Notes under the pieces: model-generated
Database searches by the model: none
Seen by the model: the letters and a program-made list of their open reading frames with translations, nothing else
Told to the model about the DNA's origin: nothing
From: Spirochaetia bacterium
Lineage (GTDB): Bacteria > Spirochaetota > Spirochaetia > SZUA-6 > Bin103
DNA: 64,000 bases
Direction of reading: 5' to 3'
Assembly (NCBI GenBank): GCA_965203515.1
Contig: OZ241907.1
Location: 2,880,001-2,944,000 of the forward strand
Program-made: the position numbers and the translations under genes
Shown: one piece after another, positions 58,409 through 64,000 of the stretch
Numbering within the stretch: the stretch's first letter is position 1
Layout: every line of letters starts with the position of its first letter

Positions 58409-59614
58409 TCAGAGTCCGAACGCCGCGGTCGCCTGGTCGGCGACGTCGCTGCCGATCGCCAGCGCGGCGGTGGCGGCCGGCGAAGGCGCGTTGAGCACGT
58501 GCACCGACCGCTCGCCGCGGACGATGAGGAAGTCGTCGACCATGGCGCCGTCGGGCGCGAGCGCCAGGGCGCGCACGCCCGCCCGCGAGGGCCGCACCTC
58601 CGCGTCGGCCAGCGACGGGACCAGCCGCCGAACGGCGGCGATGAAGCGCCGACGCGACAGCGCCCGTCCGTATTCGCGGATGCCGTAGCGGGCGTGGCGC
58701 AGCAGCAGTCGCCACGTGCCGCGGTAGGCGAGCGCTTCGAGGGCATCCCGCCCGCCGACGTCGGCCTTGCCGTATCCTTCGCGCTTCAGGGCGAACACCG
58801 CGTTCGGCCCGCACTCCACCGCGCCGGCGGTGCGCCGCGTCAGGTGGACCCCCAGAAACGGCAGCGCCGGGTCGGGGACCGGATAGATCAGCCCGCGCAC
58901 CTTGTGCCGGGCGGCGGGCGCCAGCTCGAAGAAATCGCCGCGGAAGGCGACGATGCGGGCCGGCGGGGTCAGGCCGTCGAGCCGCGCGATCCGATCCGAG
59001 TAGAGGCCGCCGCAGTTGATCAGATGGCGGCTGGCGCGGCGTCCGGCGCGGGTGTCGATCTCGATGCCGTCCGCGCTGCGGCGGATGCCGGTCGCCTCCG
59101 CCAGCGTGGTCACCGCGGCGCCCGCGTCCAGCAGCAGATCGCGCAGCCTGGCCGCCACCGCGTGGAAGTCGATGATGCCGGCGTACGGCACCCAGACGGC
59201 GCCCAGGCCGCCCGCGTGCGGCTCGATCTCCCGCAACCCGGCGCGGTCGACGATCTCGACCCGGTCGAGCCCGTTGCGCCGGCCGTTCGCGCACAGGGCC
59301 GGCAGGCGTTCGAGCTCCCGCGGGCTGACCGCCACCACCACCTTGCCGCAGGTCTCGTGCGGGACGCCGTGCTCGCGGGCGAACGCCACCATCTGCGTCC
59401 GCCCCCGCACGCACGTGCGCGCCCGCGCGGAACCGGGGCGGTAGTAGAGTCCGGAGTGCAGCACTCCGGAGTTGCGCCCGGTCTGGTGCAGTCCGACCTG
59501 CCGCTCCTTCTCCAGCACCAGCACGGCCAGGGAGGGATGGCGCTGCACCAGCCGGTACGCGGAGGCCAGACCGACGATGCCGGCCCCGATGACCGTGACG
59601 TCGTACCGGCGCAC
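58409..59614 (-). CDS. lhgO: L-2-hydroxyglutarate oxidase
   Basis: IGAGIVG, HQTGRNSGVLHSGLYY, IYPVPDP.LPFLGVH, NAPSPAATA. Confidence 0.9.
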   Translation of the reverse strand: MRRYDVTVIGAGIVGLASAYRLVQRHPSLAVLVLEKERQVGLHQTGRNSGVLHSGLYYRPGSARARTCVRGRTQMVAFAREHGVPHETCGKVVVAVSPRELERLPALCANGRRNGLDRVEIVDRAGLREIEPHAGGLGAVWVPYAGIIDFHAVAARLRDLLLDAGAAVTTLAEATGIRRSADGIEIDTRAGRRASRHLINCGGLYSDRIARLDGLTPPARIVAFRGDFFELAPAARHKVRGLIYPVPDPALPFLGVHLTRRTAGAVECGPNAVFALKREGYGKADVGGRDALEALAYRGTWRLLLRHARYGIREYGRALSRRRFIAAVRRLVPSLADAEVRPSRAGVRALALAPDGAMVDDFLIVRGERSVHVLNAPSPAATAALAIGSDVADQATAAFGL

Positions 59615-59726
59615 GCCTCACCTTACCACGGTCTGCAACGACCGAGGGACTCCGGTACCATCGCCAGCGGCGCGCCGCGGCAAAACGCGGCGACACGCCC
59701 AGACGCAGCTTCCCGGAGGTGCCGCC

Positions 59727-60185
59727 ATGAGTTCCGGTACGGTTCCAGAAGAAATCGACGGCGGTGAAGAACCGGTCGACGACCTCGATGAGGCGCTCGA
59801 AGTAACGCCGTACGTCTACTCGATCACGGCATACGGAGCGGACTACCCGGTCGATTCTCTGGTGAAGCGAATCAACGACGACGCCATCATGGTTCCTCGC
59901 TTCGACCTGACGACGGACGAGGGCTCCGAGATAGTGGGTTTCCAGCGCGAATATGTATGGCCGCGCACGAAATCCGATCGGTTCATCGAGTCACTTCTCC
60001 TCGGATTGCCGGTGCCCGGCATCTTCCTGGTACGACAGCCGTCGGGCCGCCTCCTGGTCCTGGACGGACATCAGCGGCTGCACACCCTCAGCTCGTTCTA
60101 TGGAGGTGTGATCGATCGTCGAGAGTACCGGTTGGAAGGGGTTGAGGACCGTTTTCTGGGTAAGCGAGGCGGCGGCGGCAACTAG
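59727..60185 (+). pseudogene. DUF262 (ParB-like/GmrS) protein, 3'-truncated
   Basis: GGAGG RBS; FQREYVW, FIESLLLGLPVP, LDGHQRL; ends abruptly after about 150 aa. Confidence 0.8.
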
Positions 60186-60523
60186 ATACCACGTTTGCCC
60201 GTGCACGAGGTCTCGATGCCGATCCCGAGCTTCTTTCCGACTTCGCCCGCTATTTGTGCGTCCTGGTCTCCGGCTTCCTGGAGCAGGCGACGATAGAGTT
60301 ACTGATCGACTCCTTCGACCCGGAATGGCGAAGCGAACTGGAAACGTTCATCGTCGACGAGTACAAGGACGCGCTCGATGGGATTGTCGACCTTCGCAAC
60401 ACCGTGGCTCATGGCGGCTATGCCGGCGGAGTAACGCTGTCCCGCGTAGACGGGTACTACGCGCGCATCAAGACGATCATCGACCGAGTAGCCGATCTAT
60501 TGACTCCCCGTAACCTGCTCTGA
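60167..60523 (+). pseudogene. HEPN-domain (MAE_28990/RiboL-PSP-like) protein lacking its start
   Basis: RRRRQLDTTFARARGLDADPELLSDFARYLCVLVSGFLEQ...LRNTVAHG (Rx4H); frame begins right after TAA at 60161. Confidence 0.72.
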
Positions 60524-60544
60524 GGCTTGACCCCGCATGCCGGA

Positions 60545-60889
60545 TCAGCCTGCGGCTCTACGGCCCGCCAACGGCCTGCTGCGGCTCTCCTGCGCTTCGT
60601 CTATGAACAGTATCCGATCGGCGTCCCCCCGATATCCGAAGCGATCGAGCAGGTCCTCGAACTCGGCAAAGTCCGCGCAGTCGTCGATCGCGGAGCGGAC
60701 CAGCGTGTCTCGTTCCAGGTCGATCCGTACCGAGTCCTTGGCGGACCGGTCCAGCACGGCGTCCACGAGGGTGGTCTTGCCGACTTGGCGAGCGCCGTCG
60801 AGGAGGAGCACCGGCTTGTGGGGCACGGCTTCCGCGATGAACCGCTCGATGTCCCGCTCCCTGCGGCGAGGAACATAGAGGATTGCCAT
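60545..60889 (-). pseudogene. AAA_14 (DUF4143-type) ATPase, truncated after Walker B
   Basis: GARQVGKTT and LFIDEAQ, then loss of family-like sequence and a stop at 114 aa. Confidence 0.8.
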
Positions 60890-60945
60890 ATTCTCTACCC
60901 GATCCGGGCAGAGAATAGCCCGATTCTCTGCCCACGGGCAAGATT
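60890..60945. promoter_or_regulatory. Array of alternating 11-bp inverted repeats (putative operator)
   Basis: attctctaccc 60890, gggcagagaat 60906, attctctgccc 60923, gggcaagatt 60936. Confidence 0.55.
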
Positions 60946-61015
60946 CGCCTCCCGGGGGGCGACTGGCGGGCCACCTTGACAGTCGCGGTCCGCTTCCTGT
61001 CTGCTTGCGCCGGTC

Positions 61016-61636
61016 ATGAAGCTGAGACGTCGTTTTGGTTCGAGGAAGGCGGCCGCCGTAGCGGCGATGCTAGTGACCGGCTTGGTCGTGGCGCACGCGC
61101 AAAACGAGTACGACTTCGGGGACGGTCCGGTGCCGGCTCATCGGCACCCCAATGGCGGGGGCTGGGTAGCGAACACCGCCACGGTTGACGAGACGGTGTA
61201 TGTGGATGCAACAGCCGTCGTGTACGATAACGCTGAGGTCGGGCATTCCGCTCAGATATTCGGGACGGCGAGGATATATGGCAGCGCCTTGGTGGCAGAT
61301 CACGCACAGATTTCCGGTAATGCGCAGGTTTACGATTATGCGATAGTTGCCGAGAATGCGCAGGTTCGGGATGATGCGCAGGTTTACGATGATGCGGCGG
61401 TTTTCGGTGATGCGCAGGTCTACGATAATGCGCAGATTTTCGGTGATGCGGATGTTTACGGTGATTCGCGGATTTTCGGTAATGCACAGGTTTACGGTTC
61501 TGTGAATGTCCGACATGCCCGGATTTTCGATGATGTGAGGATTTTCGATGATGCGTCGGTTTTATATTATACGAAAGTTTACGGTGATGCGCAGGGTACT
61601 GTAGGATTACTTGCTACCGGACTCACGGACGAGTGA
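61016..61636 (+). CDS. Secreted hexapeptide-repeat (left-handed beta-helix-like) protein
   Basis: Signal peptide ending AHA, then A-x-[VI]-[YF]-[GD]-[DN] repeats with 18-nt periodicity. Confidence 0.8.
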   Translation: MKLRRRFGSRKAAAVAAMLVTGLVVAHAQNEYDFGDGPVPAHRHPNGGGWVANTATVDETVYVDATAVVYDNAEVGHSAQIFGTARIYGSALVADHAQISGNAQVYDYAIVAENAQVRDDAQVYDDAAVFGDAQVYDNAQIFGDADVYGDSRIFGNAQVYGSVNVRHARIFDDVRIFDDASVLYYTKVYGDAQGTVGLLATGLTDE

Positions 61637-61705
61637 CGCTGCTCAGCAGCCGGGGCAGCCGGCGCCGACGCGGCGCGGTCGCAGCTCCGGGAGTATGATG
61701 CCGCC

Positions 61706-63259
61706 ATGGGCAAACGGAAGCTCCCGGTCGGCATCCAGACCTTCCGCCAGATACGCGAGGAGGGCTTCTACTACGTCGACAAGACCAGCTACGCCCGCCG
61801 GCTCGTCGACGACCCCGGCAAGCACTACTTCCTGTCCCGCCCGCGCCGCTTCGGCAAGAGCCTGTTCGTCGACACCCTCAAGGAACTGTTCGAGGGAAGC
61901 GAGGAGCTGTTCCGCGGCCTGGCCGTTCACGACGGCTGGGAATGGACCACACGCCACCCGGTGGTGCGGCTGAGCTTCGGCAGCGGCAACTTCAAGCGAC
62001 CGGGCGTGCTGCCGGCGCGCATGACGGAGCAACTGGCGGACCTCGAACGCGAGTCGGGGGTGCCCGCCTCCCACGGCGCGACGGCGCCGGGGCGGTTCGC
62101 GCGACTGCTGGCCGCACTGCACCGGCAGACCGGGCAGCGCGTGGTGGTGCTGGTCGATGAGTACGACAAACCGATCCTGGACGCCCTGGAGGACCGGGAG
62201 CTTTCGACCGCCAACCGGGACGACCTGCGCGGGTTGTATGGGACGATCAAGGACTACGACGCTCACGTGGAACTCACCTTCATCACGGGGGTGAGCCGGT
62301 TCTCCAAGGTGAGCCTCTTCTCCGACCTCAACAACCTTACCGACATCACCCTCGACCCTCGGTACTCGGCGATCTGCGGGTACACGAACGCCGACCTGGA
62401 CGAGGTGTTCGCCGCCGAGCTGCCGGGTCTGGACCGGGAGCGGATAGCCGAGTGGTACGACGGCTACCACTGGCTCGGCGCCGAGCACGTCTATAACCCG
62501 TTCGGCATCCTCAAGCTGTTCGCCAGCCGCCGATTCCGCGCGCACTGGTTCGAAACCGCCACGCCGCGGTTCCTGGTCGACACGCTGATCGGCCGCGGCT
62601 TCGCGGCGCCCAACCTGGAGCGCGTCCACGCCAGCGAGGCGCTGCTGTCATCCTTCGACGTCGACCACATCGCCGTGGAGGCGCTGCTGTTCCAGACCGG
62701 CTACCTGACGATCGCCGCGGAAGACGACGATCCGGACGGCTATCCGCAGTACCGGCTGACCTATCCGAACCGGGAGGTTCGGCGGGGCCTGAACGAGAGC
62801 CTGCTGGACGCGCTGGCGCCCAACTGGCGGTCGGCCGGAGACGGCGGCGCGCTGCGGCGTCTGCTGACCGCGCAGGACTGGCCCGGCGTGGAGACGCTGT
62901 TCCGCAGGCTGCTGGCCGGCATTCCCTACGACTGGCACCGGCGCAACGACATCGCCCGCTACGAGGGCTATTGGTCGAGCGTGTTCTACGCCTGGTTCCA
63001 GGCGTCCATGGACGGCGTGGTGGTGGAGGACGCCTCCAGCCGCGGCCGGCTCGACATGGCGGTCTTTCTGGCCGGCAACGCCTACCTGATCGAGATCAAG
63101 GTAGCGGAGCGCTCGGAGCCGGGCGCGGCGCTGGCGCAGCTCCGGGAGCGGCGCTATGCCGACAAGCACCGCGCGCCGGGACGCGCCGTCCACCTGATCG
63201 GCGTGGAGGTGAGCTCCGCGGCCCGCGACGTCACGGCGTTCGAGACCGAATCCGCCTGA
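61706..63259 (+). CDS. AAA-ATPase-like protein with C-terminal PD-(D/E)XK nuclease
   Basis: KLPVGIQTF, YVDKT, SRPRRFGKS, LVDEYDKP; GRLDM...LIEIK. Confidence 0.92.
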   Translation: MGKRKLPVGIQTFRQIREEGFYYVDKTSYARRLVDDPGKHYFLSRPRRFGKSLFVDTLKELFEGSEELFRGLAVHDGWEWTTRHPVVRLSFGSGNFKRPGVLPARMTEQLADLERESGVPASHGATAPGRFARLLAALHRQTGQRVVVLVDEYDKPILDALEDRELSTANRDDLRGLYGTIKDYDAHVELTFITGVSRFSKVSLFSDLNNLTDITLDPRYSAICGYTNADLDEVFAAELPGLDRERIAEWYDGYHWLGAEHVYNPFGILKLFASRRFRAHWFETATPRFLVDTLIGRGFAAPNLERVHASEALLSSFDVDHIAVEALLFQTGYLTIAAEDDDPDGYPQYRLTYPNREVRRGLNESLLDALAPNWRSAGDGGALRRLLTAQDWPGVETLFRRLLAGIPYDWHRRNDIARYEGYWSSVFYAWFQASMDGVVVEDASSRGRLDMAVFLAGNAYLIEIKVAERSEPGAALAQLRERRYADKHRAPGRAVHLIGVEVSSAARDVTAFETESA

Positions 63260-63280
63260 AGGCCGGCCTCCGTCGCCTTG

Positions 63281-63450
63281 ACGGTCGCGGTCGCCCTGGG
63301 CCCGGCGATGCTGATCCGCGCCGACGCCCCCGATCCGTCCACCCGCATCGACCTGGAGATCGTGCGCGGCGGCGCGCCCGCCTTCCGCGGCGCCACCACG
63401 CGGAACTGAAGCGCACGCCGCAGGAGCTGTACCGGCACAACACCTTCCCG
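63281..63450 (+). pseudogene. Internal fragment of a fumarylacetoacetate-hydrolase-family gene
   Basis: VALGPAMLI...TRIDLEIVRGGAPAFRGATT, frameshift, AELKRTPQELYRHNTFP. Confidence 0.55.
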
Positions 63451-63451
63451 C

Positions 63452-63487
63452 TTGACGATATTTCCATACTTCGTTTATTATAGAAAC
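63452..63487 (+). promoter_or_regulatory. arsR promoter and probable operator (leaderless)
   Basis: TTGACG-18 nt-TATTAT, 6 nt before ATG 63488; AT-rich imperfect palindrome atttccata...tatagaaac. Confidence 0.65.
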
Positions 63488-63895
63488 ATGGAGACTGAAT
63501 TCGATCCCCTGGCGGTGGAAGACGCCGCCTCGACCTTTGCGGCGCTCGGTTCGGAGCAGCGACTGGCGGTCCTGAGCACCCTGGTGCGCGCCGGGCCGGC
63601 CGGCATCCCGAGCGGCACGCTGGGCGAACGCAGCGGGGTCACCGGCTCGACCCTGACCCACCACGTGCGCGTCCTGACCCAGGCCGGCCTGGTCCATCGC
63701 GTCAAGCGCGGCCGCTCGGTGATCTGCGCCGCGGCCGCCTATCCGAAGGTGCGGGCGCTTTCGGCCTACTTGCTGTCCGAATGCTGCACCGGCGATTCCG
63801 AGTGCTGCGCCGCTGATTCCGAATGCTGCTGCGCCTCTCAGTCCGAGTGCTGCGCCGGCGACGCGCTGCCCGCTACGCAAGCCGGCCATGCCTGA
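63488..63895 (+). CDS. arsR: ArsR/SmtB family regulator with repeated C-terminal Cys-Cys motifs
   Basis: FAALGSEQRLAVL..LVRAGP.G, STLTHH..VL..AGLV, GRSV; YLLSECC tail repeated four times. Confidence 0.88.
   Translation: METEFDPLAVEDAASTFAALGSEQRLAVLSTLVRAGPAGIPSGTLGERSGVTGSTLTHHVRVLTQAGLVHRVKRGRSVICAAAAYPKVRALSAYLLSECCTGDSECCAADSECCCASQSECCAGDALPATQAGHA
63776..63862 (+). repeat. Four tandem 21-24 nt units encoding SECC
   Basis: tccgaatgctgcaccggcgat / tccgagtgctgcgccgctgat / tccgaatgctgctgcgcctctcag / tccgagtgctgcgccggcgac. Confidence 0.9.
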
Positions 63896-64000
63896 ATCGA
63901 CCGCCGCGCTCGGCGGGACCGCTTCGTGCCGCGGAACCGCCGCGGGGGCGTGCTGCGGCGACCGGCCCGGCGCCGCGTCTGCGCCGGAGCAGGGGCCGTC
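63888..64000 (+). CDS. N-terminus of the next gene (Cys-containing leader; cut by window edge)
   Basis: ATG overlaps the arsR end; MPESTAALGGTASCRGTAAGACCGDRPG..., open to the window end. Confidence 0.5.
   Translation, partial: MPESTAALGGTASCRGTAAGACCGDRPGAASAPEQGP

Noticed and set aside
61014..61487. His/Arg/Lys-rich repetitive minus-strand ORF (HYRKSA repeats)
   Set aside because: It is the reverse-complement reading of the hexapeptide-repeat gene.
61261..61590. Regular AT-richer repeats resembling a CRISPR array
   Set aside because: The period is 18 nt with no unique spacers, the repeats are in-frame hexapeptide coding, and no cas genes are present.

Overview
This is a high-GC bacterial chromosomal window with about 60 genes. 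I found no rRNA, tRNA, CRISPR array, transposase or integrase. The gene set suggests a spirochaete-like heterotroph (inference from a TatT/TPAT transporter, an MFS-HEAT fusion and the signal-peptide style). Contents in order: (1) the end of a metal ABC transporter operon; (2) a lower-GC insert with a fused ABC-ATPase/TOPRIM (PARIS/OLD-like) gene; (3) a catabolic cluster with sulfatase, beta-propeller hydrolase, peptide-type ABC, ceramidase-like and 2OG-Fe(II) oxygenase genes; (4) a lower-GC restriction-modification islet whose NotI-family endonuclease is frameshifted; (5) a GldA/F/G-DUF4340 ABC exporter with oppDF and a SurA-like foldase; (6) a long minus-strand run holding an unusual signalling module (output-less membrane sensor, paralogous sensor-HAMP-MFS fusion, binding protein, sensor-PP2C-HATPase, STAS, RsbW) abutting a sugar ABC/oxidoreductase operon; (7) an MFS-HEAT gene plus TPAT transporter, facing a glycosyltransferase/CPBP/3beta-HSD-like operon; (8) pntAB and lhgO; (9) a stretch of deleted defence-gene remnants (DUF262-HEPN, AAA_14); (10) two AAA-PD-(D/E)XK paralogues; (11) an ArsR whose Cys-Cys site is repeated four times. 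All family calls are from motif recognition by eye; no searches were run.
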